64,000 nt of DNA, taken from positions 224,001 to 288,000 of the forward strand of contig CAVYNH010000004.1 in NCBI GenBank assembly GCA_963769885.1. The letters run 5' to 3'. Origin of the DNA: Methanobacteriota archaeon. GTDB taxonomy: Archaea > Thermoplasmatota > E2 > DHVEG-1. Each line of letters starts with the position of its first letter. Positions within the stretch are counted from its first letter, which is position 1. A program made the position numbers and the translations under genes. The notes beneath the pieces were generated by a model. That model worked only from the letters and a program-made list of their open reading frames with translations, had not been told where the DNA came from and made no database searches. Shown in pieces: positions 31,249 through 40,980 of the stretch.

Positions 31249-32522
31249 GACCCTAATCGTCCACGGATCCGCACCGCAAGCTCGGTGACGGGACAGGTGC
31301 TCTGCGAGCCGTCCGTCATGTTCCGCAGCGTCACCACACGGTCCTCGAGCTCCTTGGGCCCGATGATGACCGCGTACCGGGCATGCTGCGCCGAGGCATA
31401 CTTCAACGACTTGCCGATCCCACGGCGCACTAGGTCAAGATCTACGGTGAGTCCCTGGCCCCGCAGCTGCGACGCGACCGACAGCGCGGTCCCCAGCGCA
31501 GCCTCTGAGACTGGCACGATAAAAACATCCAGCGACGGTTCCGGGAACGAGAACCCCTCCGTCTCCAACGCCAGCAGCACCCGGTCGAACCCGATCGCGA
31601 AACCGGCCTGGGGCACCGGGCTGCCCCCAAACAACGCAACCAGCTCGTAGTCCCCGCCGCCACACAACTGCTTCTCCGCACCCAACACGGGCGCCTCAAG
31701 CTCAAACACCAGGCCCTTGTAGTAATCCAACCCGCGGACGATCCCCATCTTCACCCGCGCATCCGGAATCCCGAACGACTCCTTCAACAGACTGAGGATG
31801 CCCTGCAGTCGGCCTAGCTCTGCGACCGCCGCCGGACTCTTCGAGACGTACGCCCGGATCTTCTCCGCCTCCGGCGTCTGAAGCATCTCAAGGAACACCT
31901 CGGCCTCCTGCTGACTGACGTCGTTGGCCCGCAGCGCCGAGAACAAATCCTCAAACTGCGACTTATCGATAAACGGCAACAAGTCCTTCTTCACCGCATC
32001 CGACACCCGCAGCCGCTCAAACATCGCCTGGATCACGGTTAGGTTCCCGATATTCAATACAATATCCTGCACACCGACCTTCTTCAAAATCGTGAACGCC
32101 AGCGCGATCAACTCCGCATGCGCCTCAGGCGTATCCGTCCCCAGCAGCTCACAGCCCGCCTGCCAGAACTCCCGATACCGCCCCTTCTGCGGACGGTCAT
32201 ACCGGAAACAATTCCCAAAATAGAACAGCTTCAACGGCTTCGGCGCCATCTGCAGCCGCTCGATGTAACAGCGGATCACCGGCGCCGTCAACTCCGGACG
32301 CAACGCCAGCTCACGGCCGCCCTTATCCACAAAATTATACAACTCATCAATGATCGACGCCCCGGACTTCGCCGTAAACACCTCCAGCGTCTCAAACGCC
32401 GGCGTCTGAATCTCCCCATACCCAAACCCCCGGAACGTCTCCTCTACCTGCCGTTGCACAAACCGGCGTTTCAACATCTCCTCGGGGACAAAATCCCGGG
32501 TACCTCGGGGAATCTGGTACAC
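31245..32522 (-). CDS. hisS: Histidine--tRNA ligase
   Basis: PRGTRDF, LRPELT, RPQKGRYREF, VRGLDYY. Confidence 0.97.
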   Translation of the reverse strand: MYQIPRGTRDFVPEEMLKRRFVQRQVEETFRGFGYGEIQTPAFETLEVFTAKSGASIIDELYNFVDKGGRELALRPELTAPVIRCYIERLQMAPKPLKLFYFGNCFRYDRPQKGRYREFWQAGCELLGTDTPEAHAELIALAFTILKKVGVQDIVLNIGNLTVIQAMFERLRVSDAVKKDLLPFIDKSQFEDLFSALRANDVSQQEAEVFLEMLQTPEAEKIRAYVSKSPAAVAELGRLQGILSLLKESFGIPDARVKMGIVRGLDYYKGLVFELEAPVLGAEKQLCGGGDYELVALFGGSPVPQAGFAIGFDRVLLALETEGFSFPEPSLDVFIVPVSEAALGTALSVASQLRGQGLTVDLDLVRRGIGKSLKYASAQHARYAVIIGPKELEDRVVTLRNMTDGSQSTCPVTELAVRIRGRLGS

Positions 32523-32668
32523 ACTCCGCAGGTACCCCCGGGCTCATATAAAGAGGTTTCTCTCGGAACCACACAGGAGCCGCACCAGGCCCAGACGGCG
32601 ACCACCACGGCTCATAACTATTATAAACCATGACATAATAAAAGAACCATAGGAGGCACCCGACCCCC

Positions 32669-34384
32669 ATGAAGACCACCACACTCTTCGCCATCGGAAT
32701 CACTATCCTCTTCCTCACCCTCTCTGGCGCCGCCAGCGCCCAGACGCCGCTCACCACCCTCAACCCACCCCCAGCCCCCATCCGCCAGCCCGCCGAATTC
32801 GACCCCATGACCGGCGTCCTCATCGCCTACCCCTTCGGCATCTCCTACCCCGTCATCAAAGAAATGGCGGAAAACGAAACCGTCTGCACCATCGTCAGCA
32901 GCCTCGCCACCGAAACCACCGTCCTCAACCTCTACACCGCGAACGGCGTCAACACCGCCCACTGCACCTTCCTCATCGCCCCCACCGACTCTTACTGGAC
33001 CCGCGACTACGGCCCCTGGTTCATCTTCACCGGCGACAACCAACAAGGCATCATCGACTTCACCTACAACCGCCCCAGGCCCAACGACGACCAAATCCCC
33101 ACCAAATACGGCCTCAACCAAAGCATCCCCGTCTACAATATGCCGCTCACCACCACCGGCGGCAACTACATGACCGACGGCCAAGGCAACGCCATCTCCA
33201 CCACCCTCGTCTGGGAAGAAAACACGGGCCTCACCCACGACCAGATCAACCAGACCATGCACGACTACTGCGGCATCAACCGCTACATGGTCGTCCCGGA
33301 CGTCAACAGCGAATACATCGAACACGTCGACTGCTGGGGCAAATACCTCTCCCCGGACACTATCCTCATCCGCTCCGTCCCCCCCACCCACTCTCAATAC
33401 AACAAGATCGAGGCCGCAGTCGCCTACTTTAAAAACCAGACCAGCTGCTACGGCACTCCTTACCACGTTGCCCGCGTCTACACCCCCAACGATGAGCCCT
33501 ACACCAACTCGCTGATTCTGGACAATAAGGTCTACGTCCCCGTCATGGGCGACGCCTATGACGCTGCCGCCCTTCAATCCTACCGGGACGCGATGCCCGG
33601 CTACGAGGTCTTGGGGTTCACCGGGTTATCCGCACATCCCTGGGAGTCCACGGATGCGCTCCACTGCCGCGCCATGGGCATCACCGACCGTTACATGCTC
33701 TACATCCAGCACGTCCCACTACAGAACCAGACCGCGAGCGCGTCTGGGTTCCCGGTCACGGCAACCATCCATGCCTACAGCGGCCAGAGCCTCCTCCCAG
33801 GCTCCCCTAGCGTCGTCTACAAGGTCAACAACGGGTCCTGGAACACGGTCACAATGACCTCGACCGGCGGGGATGGCTACACCGCGACAATTCCTTCCCA
33901 GTCGGGAGGCAGCAAGATCTCGTATTATATCCATGCCGAGGACGGCTCAGGGCGGTCTGAGAACCACCCGTACATCGGTGCGGCTGGCGCCCATAGCTTC
34001 ATGGTCATCGGCGAGCCGAACCATCCCCCAGCGACGCCGGATCGGCCACAAGGAGCTAGCTCTGGCAAGCCGAAACAGCCCTATACTTATACAGCGATGA
34101 CCACGGACCCGGACAACGACACCTTGCTGTATAAATGGGACTGGGGCGACGGGACGACAAGTGACTGGCTCGGCCCCTCTGCATCAGGAGCGGTTGTGAA
34201 CGCCACGCATACCTGGGCGAAGAAGGGGACGTACTCGGTCAAGGTCATGGCCAAGGACAGCAACGGTCTGGAGAGCGACTGGTCCGAGCCTCTGGCGGTG
34301 ACGATGCCGTATTCGTGGCTTGACATGCTCCACGACCGGTTCCCGATTGTGTATTGGCTGCTTATCCACCTCTGTCGATGGTAG
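32669..34384 (+). CDS. Secreted agmatine/peptidylarginine deiminase-family protein with PKD domain
   Basis: Signal peptide; PAEF, WTRDYGP, GGNYMTDG, HVDCWGK, DALHCR; C-terminal WDWGDG PKD. Confidence 0.9.
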   Translation: MKTTTLFAIGITILFLTLSGAASAQTPLTTLNPPPAPIRQPAEFDPMTGVLIAYPFGISYPVIKEMAENETVCTIVSSLATETTVLNLYTANGVNTAHCTFLIAPTDSYWTRDYGPWFIFTGDNQQGIIDFTYNRPRPNDDQIPTKYGLNQSIPVYNMPLTTTGGNYMTDGQGNAISTTLVWEENTGLTHDQINQTMHDYCGINRYMVVPDVNSEYIEHVDCWGKYLSPDTILIRSVPPTHSQYNKIEAAVAYFKNQTSCYGTPYHVARVYTPNDEPYTNSLILDNKVYVPVMGDAYDAAALQSYRDAMPGYEVLGFTGLSAHPWESTDALHCRAMGITDRYMLYIQHVPLQNQTASASGFPVTATIHAYSGQSLLPGSPSVVYKVNNGSWNTVTMTSTGGDGYTATIPSQSGGSKISYYIHAEDGSGRSENHPYIGAAGAHSFMVIGEPNHPPATPDRPQGASSGKPKQPYTYTAMTTDPDNDTLLYKWDWGDGTTSDWLGPSASGAVVNATHTWAKKGTYSVKVMAKDSNGLESDWSEPLAVTMPYSWLDMLHDRFPIVYWLLIHLCRW

Positions 34385-34471
34385 GCTGACCTTCTTTCTT
34401 TTTATTTTTTCAAGGAGAAACTTCTTGTAGGGGTAGCCGTTATCCTGTTGTCGTCCACAGGTGAATCTCAT

Positions 34472-35105
34472 ATGGAACTCTCCTCAACAGTGTACAGGTT
34501 TGCGACCGCGCGTCTGAACTTCTTCAAATGGCGGTTTGAGCTTGGGTTTGTACAAAAAAGTCTTGCTCGCTGTGGTTTTCGCGGGCATCACCGGTTTGAG
34601 TGCCCAGTTGCGGTTCTATTTACCAGGTTCGCCGGTTCCCTTGACTGCGCAGACCTGCGCGGTGTTAATCACTGCGGTGGTCCTGGGGAAATGGTGGGGC
34701 GGGATCAGTCAGAGCCTGTATCTGGTGATCGGCCTTGCCGGCGTCCCGTGGTTCGCGGGGTTCAACGGTGGGCTTTCGTACGTCTTCGGGGCGACCGGTG
34801 GGTATCTCATCGGGTTCGTGCTCGCGGCGTTCCTGTTAGGCTACCTGGTGGATTCACGGGTTGAAAACAGACGGTTTTCCTCGATGTTCGGTCTGATGCT
34901 GGTGATGAACTTCGTGGTCATCTACGGCTGCGGGCTGGTGTATCTGTACTTGTGGAGCCTGGCCCATGGGATGGCCGTTGACTTCGTCGGCTTGTTGATG
35001 ATGGGCGCGGTGCCGTTCGTGGTTGGCGACCTGGTGAAGATCGGGCTTGCCTCTGGGTTCTCCTCGAGTATCGCTCCGAAGGAGTCGTTCGGCGCCGAGG
35101 CATAA
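34472..35105 (+). CDS. bioY: Biotin ECF S-component BioY (1-nt frameshift in A6 at 34554-34559)
   Basis: PVPLTAQT, GATGGYLIGF, PFVVGDLVK. The N-terminus MELSS..FFKWRFEL behind an AGGTGA RBS is one base out of frame. Confidence 0.88.
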
Positions 35106-35115
35106 GTCGTCTTTT

Positions 35116-35313
35116 TTATCGCTTTTTTTCGTTTTCTTTGACTTTGTAGAGGGTGATAGAGCCGTCTGAAAGGACGACCCATCGGAGTTTGTTGCCGTTC
35201 TTGAGTCTGAGGAGCTCGACGACTTCCGCGGGGACGGTGACGCGGCGGCGTGATCCGCGGATGGTGATTGCGGTGTCCTTGATGCATTTGACGGCGTTGA
35301 GGTCTACTTTCAT
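35116..35313 (-). CDS. AbrB/MazE-type DNA-binding protein
   Basis: GSRRRVTVPAEVVELLRLKNGNKLRW. Confidence 0.8.
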   Translation of the reverse strand: MKVDLNAVKCIKDTAITIRGSRRRVTVPAEVVELLRLKNGNKLRWVVLSDGSITLYKVKENEKKR

Positions 35314-35334
35314 GGTTTCCCTCCTTTTCTTTGG

Positions 35335-36099
35335 TTAGCTAATCTCACCGCTGAGGTAGGCTTTCATCTCAGGGCTGGTGGGGTTGGTGAAGACGGCGTC
35401 GGCGGGGCCTTGTTCGACGACCATGCCGAAGTAGAGGAAGATGACGTAGTCGGCGACGCGTTTGGCCTGCCGTAGGGTGTGGGTGACGAGGATGACGGTG
35501 AATTCTTTTTTGAGTTTGAGGAGGAGTTTTTCGATTTGTTTGGCCGAGATTGGGTCGAGGGCGGAGGTGGGTTCGTCGCAGAGGATGACTTCGGGTTTGA
35601 CGGCGATGGCCCGGGCGAGGCAGAGGCGTTGTTGTTGGCCGACGGAGAGGCGGCTGGCGGGGTCGTGGAGGCGGTCTTTGACTTCGTTCCAGAGGCCGAC
35701 CTCTTGGAGGCAATGGTGGACGCCTTCTTCGATTTTGTGGGGGTTTTTGCCGTGGTGGATGCGCAGCCCGTAGGCGACATTCTCGAAGATGGACATGGGG
35801 AGGGGGTAGGGTTTTTGGCTGATGAGGCCCATTTTTTTTCTGATGTCGGGGACGTTGAGGCCGGAGGTCATGATGTCGATGCCGTCGACGACGATTTCGC
35901 CCTCGATTTTGACGTCGTCTTGGATGTCGAGGAGGCGGTTGAAGGATTTGAGCAGCGTGGTTTTACCGCAGCCGCTGGGGCCGATGATGGCGGTGAGTTG
36001 TTTGGCGGGGATCTCGATATTGATGTTTTTGAGGACGGGGGTGGTGTGGATGGTGACGCTGAGGGAGCGGGTTTCGATTTGGGTGGTTGATTTTGTCAT
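35335..36099 (-). CDS. pstB: Phosphate ABC transporter ATPase
   Basis: GPSGCGKT, LSVGQQQRL, DEPTSALDP. Confidence 0.95.
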   Translation of the reverse strand: MTKSTTQIETRSLSVTIHTTPVLKNINIEIPAKQLTAIIGPSGCGKTTLLKSFNRLLDIQDDVKIEGEIVVDGIDIMTSGLNVPDIRKKMGLISQKPYPLPMSIFENVAYGLRIHHGKNPHKIEEGVHHCLQEVGLWNEVKDRLHDPASRLSVGQQQRLCLARAIAVKPEVILCDEPTSALDPISAKQIEKLLLKLKKEFTVILVTHTLRQAKRVADYVIFLYFGMVVEQGPADAVFTNPTSPEMKAYLSGEIS

Positions 36100-36115
36100 G
36101 GGGTCTCCTTGTTGT

Positions 36116-36967
36116 TTATTTGATGATGTATTTGGATGATTTTTTTGTGAGGTAGCGGGTGAGGATGCTGATGGCGAGGACGATGAGGAGGAGGACGAAG
36201 GCGACGGCGTAGGCTTTGTTTTGGACGGCTTTGTCTGGCATGCCGGCGAGGTTGAGGATGATGGTGGGGAGGGCGGCGGTCTGGTCGAAGAGGGAGGTGG
36301 GGAGGTAGTTGGAGTCGCCGACGGTGAGGAGGATGGAGGCGGCGTCGCCGATGCCGCGGCCGAAGCCGAGGAGGATGCCGGCGACGATGCCGGGCATGGC
36401 CTGGCGGCGGACGACGCGGATGGCGGTTTCGAAGCGGGTGCTGCCGAGGCTGTAGGCGCTTTCTTTGAGGCCGTGGGGGACGACTTTGATGGATTCGTCG
36501 ATGCTGCGGGTGATGATGGGGATTTCGAGGAGGGTGAGGGCGATGATGCCGAAGAGGACGGAGCCGTGGTTGATGCCGATGGCGAAGCTGATGGTGATGG
36601 CGAAGACGCCGTAGATGATGGAGGGGATGCCCCACATGAGGTCGAGGATGATGCGGATGGCGCTGGAGGCGGTGGTGCCGAGGAAGTCTTTTTGGAGGTA
36701 TATGGCGATGAAGATGCTGAAGAGGAAGGCGAGGATGGTGGCGGGGACGACGAGGAGGAGGCTGCCGGTGATGGCGTTGAGGAAGCCGCCGCCTGGCCCG
36801 AGGTAGAAGGTGCCGGCGGTGGTTTCGGTGAGCATTTGGAGGGAGAGGCTGGCGGCGCCGTTGAAGATAATGACGCCGACGATGAGGACGAGGCTGCCGA
36901 TGACGATGAAGACGGAGGCGATCATGAGGGCGAGGAAGATTTTTTCTTCGAGGGTGCGTCGGTTCAG
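36116..36967 (-). CDS. pstA: Phosphate ABC permease PstA
   Basis: GIPSIIYG, ESAYSLG, GRGIGD. Start is CTG 36967 (overlapping the pstC stop) or GTG 36976. Confidence 0.92.
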   Translation of the reverse strand: MNRRTLEEKIFLALMIASVFIVIGSLVLIVGVIIFNGAASLSLQMLTETTAGTFYLGPGGGFLNAITGSLLLVVPATILAFLFSIFIAIYLQKDFLGTTASSAIRIILDLMWGIPSIIYGVFAITISFAIGINHGSVLFGIIALTLLEIPIITRSIDESIKVVPHGLKESAYSLGSTRFETAIRVVRRQAMPGIVAGILLGFGRGIGDAASILLTVGDSNYLPTSLFDQTAALPTIILNLAGMPDKAVQNKAYAVAFVLLLIVLAISILTRYLTKKSSKYIIK

Positions 36968-38022
36968 TATGCCCACCTCTTGCTGGTGTGCCGGAGGACG
37001 AGGAAGGCGAGGAGGTTGAAGATGAGGACGACGAGGAAGAGGATGAGGGCGACGAAGATGAGGGCGGAGGCGAGGAGGGGGATGGAGCTGACTTCGGTGT
37101 AGTTGTTGGCGATGAGGCTGGCGAGGGTCTGGCCTGGGCCGAAGAGGCTGCTGGGGATGAGTTCTTGGTTGCCGATGACCATGCTGACGGCGATGGTTTC
37201 GCCGAAGGCTCTGCCGAAGCCGAGGAAGATGGCGGAGAGGATCCCGGGTCCGGAGGCGCGGAAGAGGACTTTTTTGACGGTCTCCCATTTGGTGGCGCCC
37301 AGTGAGAGGCTGGCTTCTTTGAGGGCGATGGGGATCGAGCTGATGGATTCGATGCAGAGGCTGATGATGATGGGGAAGACCATGATGGATAGGATCAGGG
37401 AGGCAGCAAAGAGGCCGAAGCCGCTGCTGGTGTGGACGCCGAAGGCGGGGGCGATGGTGTCGCGGACGACGGGGACGAAGACGAGGAGGGCGCATAGGCC
37501 GAAGACGACGGAGGGGACGCCGGCGAGGACGTCGATGAAGGGGCGGATGGTGTTGCGGAAGCGGCTGGGGGCGTATTCGGCGATGTAGATGGCGGTGAGG
37601 AGGGAGACGGGGACGGCGATGAGCATGGAGATGGCGGTGACGATGAGGGTGTCGATGATGACGGCGAAGAGGCCGAACTGGCCGGAGAAGGGTTTCCAGG
37701 TGGAGGAGAAGAGGATGTCGGTGATGGAGCGGCCTTCGAGGACGGTGAAGGAGCCGTTGATGAGGATGGCGATGAGGAAGATGAAGATGGCGAGGGCGGC
37801 GAGGGTGATGGTCATCATGAGGCGGGTGCCCAGGATGTCGAAGAGCCGGCGGCTGATCCTGATGAAGTCGAAGAAGATGATGACAAGGGAGACGGCGAGA
37901 AGGGCGAGGAAGATGATGAGATTATTGAGAAGGAAAAGGGAGAGGAGGGCGAGGATAAAGATCAACAAGGCAGAGAAGAAGGATCTCTTCTTGACGACGC
38001 TGGCTGCCTTGTTGAAGCGCAT
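36964..38022 (-). CDS. pstC: Phosphate ABC permease PstC
   Basis: LAGVPSVVFG, EASLSLGATKWE, GRAFGET. Confidence 0.94.
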   Translation of the reverse strand: MRFNKAASVVKKRSFFSALLIFILALLSLFLLNNLIIFLALLAVSLVIIFFDFIRISRRLFDILGTRLMMTITLAALAIFIFLIAILINGSFTVLEGRSITDILFSSTWKPFSGQFGLFAVIIDTLIVTAISMLIAVPVSLLTAIYIAEYAPSRFRNTIRPFIDVLAGVPSVVFGLCALLVFVPVVRDTIAPAFGVHTSSGFGLFAASLILSIMVFPIIISLCIESISSIPIALKEASLSLGATKWETVKKVLFRASGPGILSAIFLGFGRAFGETIAVSMVIGNQELIPSSLFGPGQTLASLIANNYTEVSSIPLLASALIFVALILFLVVLIFNLLAFLVLRHTSKRWAY

Positions 38023-38041
38023 GAGCGAGGTTGTGGTGTTG

Positions 38042-39046
38042 TTATGTTCCGAGTTTGCTGAGCTGGTCGGCGATGATGGCGTCGGGGACTGGGGCGTAGC
38101 CGTTGGTGATGGTGAGTTGTTGGCCTTCGGTTAGGATCCAGCGGACGAAGTCGCGGGTTGCGCCTGTGAAGTTGTTGAGGGTGACGAGATAGACGAGTCT
38201 GGCGGGTGGGGCGTGGAGGTTGCCGTTGATCTCGGCGTTGACGATGTCGGTGCGGGTGGTGTAGATGGTTTCGTTGGCGTCGAGTTTGCCGTTGCCGTTG
38301 AAGTCGATGGGGACGACGACGAGGCCGGTCTTGGGGCGTAGGGTGGAGTTGGAGTAGATGTAGTTGACGTTGCTGTAGCCGATGCCCAATTGGTCGCTGA
38401 TGATGGAGGCTGACATGCTGTCGTCTCCTTTGACCTTGGTGACGGTTTCGACGGTGGGGAAATCGTCTTGGGTGTAGTTGCCCAGGAACTTCGCCCAGGT
38501 TTCTGCGGCGCCGCAGACGTCGGAACGGGAATAGACCTTGATGACGTCGGTGACGGTTGTGTCGTTGACGAGCGTGCCCCAGGTGGTGATGTTGCGGGTG
38601 ATGAAGACGTCGCGGAACTGTTGCTGGGTGAGGCCGGTGGTGGTGATCTTGTCTTTGACGGGGTTCGCGTCGTTGATGGTTGGGAGGACTGCGTCTTTGA
38701 CTACGGCAACGAAGACGATGCCTTTGTCTGCTTCAGCGGTGGTGACGTCTCGGGAGACCATGCCGAGGTTGACGGTGCCTGCGAGGGCGTCGGACATGCC
38801 TTTTCCGGCGCCGCCGGATGAGACGTCGATGCGGATGTTGGTGTGGTTCTTTTGGTAGGTTTGGGCCCAGACGACCATCATCGGGTATAGGCTGTAGGCG
38901 CCTGAGACCTTGATGGTGTTGGTGGTTTGTTGGCTGGTGCAGCCGCTGAAGCCGACGACGACGAGGGTGGTGGCGAGGAGAAGCGTTGTGACGGCGAGCA
39001 GGGTTTTGCGCTCAGGCCTGTGGGTTCCTTTCCTTTCTTTCATCAT
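38042..39046 (-). CDS. pstS: Phosphate-binding lipoprotein PstS
   Basis: Lipobox FSGC; SGAYSLYP, GGAGKG, GMVSR. Confidence 0.9.
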   Translation of the reverse strand: MMKERKGTHRPERKTLLAVTTLLLATTLVVVGFSGCTSQQTTNTIKVSGAYSLYPMMVVWAQTYQKNHTNIRIDVSSGGAGKGMSDALAGTVNLGMVSRDVTTAEADKGIVFVAVVKDAVLPTINDANPVKDKITTTGLTQQQFRDVFITRNITTWGTLVNDTTVTDVIKVYSRSDVCGAAETWAKFLGNYTQDDFPTVETVTKVKGDDSMSASIISDQLGIGYSNVNYIYSNSTLRPKTGLVVVPIDFNGNGKLDANETIYTTRTDIVNAEINGNLHAPPARLVYLVTLNNFTGATRDFVRWILTEGQQLTITNGYAPVPDAIIADQLSKLGT

Positions 39047-39117
39047 GAATCTGTCTCCTTTTTTGGTACTGGTAAGCGTGACATTGCCTACCCCATGGCC
39101 GTACCATAGGCGCCCGG

Positions 39118-39177
39118 GTATTTAAAAGTATTGGTAAATATTGGCAAAATGCCAAAATTGGAAATTTATTGGAAAAC
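39118..39177 (-). promoter_or_regulatory. pstS TATA box with upstream TTGGNAAA repeats
   Basis: TTTTAAATA on the minus strand at ~39119-39127; TTGG(T/C/A)AA units at 39131, 39141, 39158, 39169. Confidence 0.45.
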
Positions 39178-39294
39178 AGCCATGAAAATCAGCGTATTCG
39201 AGCCCAATCCTGTGACAACGGGGTTTTCGCGGAAAAAAAGCAAAAAACAGAAAAACAGCGAAAGGGGGAAAAAGAAAGGGAAAAAAGGCGCCGG

Positions 39295-39702
39295 CTATTT
39301 GAGCCAGACGCGTATCTGCGGGCGGTTCTGTTTCTCCTCGACCTTGGTCGCGATCTTCTCTTCGCGGGCCAGCCAGCCGAGCGCGCTGAACGCCTCGCTG
39401 ACGTCGATGCGGGCCATCCGGGCAAGCGTTTGAACATCAATCTCGCCCTTCTGGGACAGGACCCCCCAGATCTTGCCGGCGTCCGTGCCGATCTTCGTGG
39501 TCAGGTTCGTGTCCCCGAGCTTGTACACGGTGCCGTTCTTACAGATCTTGTTCTCGCGGGCCAGCCAGCCGATCGCAGCCTGCAGCTCGCGCTCATCCAG
39601 GAGCGTCATCGTCAGGAGCTTCGTCTCTGACAGCGGTCCCTTGCAGTTCAGTGTTTCCCATACCTTTCCAGCATGCTCTCCAAATTGAGTCACAGGTGTC
39701 AT
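39295..39702 (-). CDS. Tandem DUF2582-type winged-helix protein (paralog of 2994-3398)
   Basis: AGKVW..AIGWLARENKI..AGKIW..ALGWLAREEKI. Confidence 0.82.
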   Translation of the reverse strand: MTPVTQFGEHAGKVWETLNCKGPLSETKLLTMTLLDERELQAAIGWLARENKICKNGTVYKLGDTNLTTKIGTDAGKIWGVLSQKGEIDVQTLARMARIDVSEAFSALGWLAREEKIATKVEEKQNRPQIRVWLK

Positions 39703-39893
39703 ACTCTCGAATCCCACCTTCACTTATCGCTAGAAGGTATAGCCTACAAGGTTATTAGTGTTATGATTCTGCGAAGCACCGCGGAAAAAAAATTGAATAG
39801 ACAACGCTGACGCACCCCTATTATTATAGTACTGTGCGGCGCAATCGCCCGTAGGACTCGGATAAGACTCACTTCGCGTTCGGGTCGCTAGCT

Positions 39894-40018
39894 GAAGCAC
39901 GTGAAGGAAGACCGCCGAGTGAGGAGGCAGGAATAACAAGAGAGGGAGATACTAAATGGTTACTGTGACACACAAGGCAGTGCAATACCAGAAGGCGACA
40001 AAGGTTCGAACTGCATAA
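39894..40018 (+). pseudogene. 3' remnant of an IS6-family transposase
   Basis: EAREGRPPSEEAGITREGDTKWL / ..KAVQYQKA aligns with EALNGKTPSEEAGITIEGEDKWL..KSIQYQKA of the intact transposase. Confidence 0.8.
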
Positions 40019-40047
40019 GAATCACATGATTATGCACCGTCATCTAA

Positions 40048-40290
40048 TCAAACAAAAAAATAAAAACTACTCACAATCACCAAAAGTAATCCAAATCCAA
40101 GCCAAATCCCAGCAAGTACCCAAAATCCAACTGGATTCTCTTCTCTATTCAGCGATAATACTTGACTTGAGTACCGAGGAACGAAACGAAGTTCACCCTT
40201 TCTAATGTAATAAATACCGAACGATATTAATCCTATCCCCAAAACAAAGAATATCAGAATTTTTTCTACGCCTACACCTGCTGACATCAC
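40048..40290 (-). CDS. Small two-TM membrane protein (probable cargo of the older element)
   Basis: Two hydrophobic helices around REENPVGFW. Confidence 0.6.
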   Translation of the reverse strand: MMSAGVGVEKILIFFVLGIGLISFGIYYIRKGELRFVPRYSSQVLSLNREENPVGFWVLAGIWLGFGLLLVIVSSFYFFV

Positions 40291-40384
40291 AGGATCAATG
40301 AAAGAATCCGCTGGTTGGTAATAACATTTTTCGAGGTTTGAGTTATCCTCTATTGCTCAAGGAGACCTGTTAGTGACCACAGGA

Positions 40385-40427
40385 CATTCCCCACAGATAA
40401 GTCCCCACATCATTTTTCCACAGAATC
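40385..40427. repeat. Degenerate right TIR of an older related element
   Basis: 28/43 ungapped identity to 47608-47650; ends ..CACAGAATC directly before CACCCCAA. Confidence 0.7.
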
Positions 40428-40435
40428 CACCCCAA

Positions 40436-40476
40436 GGTTCTGTGTAAAACCGTAGTGGGAATTTTGTAGTGGGAAA
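40436..40476 (+). repeat. Left TIR with two GTAGTGGGAA boxes
   Basis: GGTTCTGTGTAAAACCGTAGTGGGAATTTTGTAGTGGGAAA. Confidence 0.93.
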
Positions 40477-40546
40477 ATAGGGTTGGTGTTTCTACAGATA
40501 TGTTTTTAAAGAAAAAATCAATATTAAAACATCTTTAAGAGATGAA

Positions 40547-40867
40547 ATGATGGGTTTCTTCAAGAAGAAAGCAGAGGAGAAAACATCTCATATCAAGAAA
40601 ATTGAAACTGATGATAAAGAATTTGAAGATGTCACATTAGAAAAAAATATTGATGCAGATATCGGATATACGAAACGTGATCTTTACATTGTTCCTGGTG
40701 TTGATGAAGTTGATATCCCAAGGTCAAAGGTAAGGCAGGAGTTTTTAACCAGACCTACGAATTATAGATGTACTAAGTGTAAGAGTATCCTCTATAATAC
40801 GAAACTTGATGGTAGACATTATTATTGCCCAATCTGTAATGTGCAATGGGATAAGGACGATTTATAA
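40547..40867 (+). CDS. Hypothetical protein with C-terminal Zn ribbon
   Basis: CTKC...CPIC. Confidence 0.7.
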   Translation: MMGFFKKKAEEKTSHIKKIETDDKEFEDVTLEKNIDADIGYTKRDLYIVPGVDEVDIPRSKVRQEFLTRPTNYRCTKCKSILYNTKLDGRHYYCPICNVQWDKDDL

Positions 40868-40980
40868 TGCCAATTGATTTGCATAAAACCTTAGTTAAAA
40901 CTGTTTTACTGTTTTTCTGATACATTGGATTTGTGTATTTTAGGTTTGCAAACTATTTAAAAACTTAAAGTGTTTATTCT

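Noticed and set aside
21588-38134. Many long antisense or alternate-frame ORFs (e.g. 22140-23201, 24707-25603, 36221-37102)
   Set aside because: Shadows of real genes caused by skewed GC-rich codon usage; low-complexity translations without motifs.
40385-40480. CCCAC/GTGGG repeats as a CRISPR array or replication iterons
   Set aside because: No repeat-spacer periodicity; explained as subterminal boxes of two abutting TIRs.
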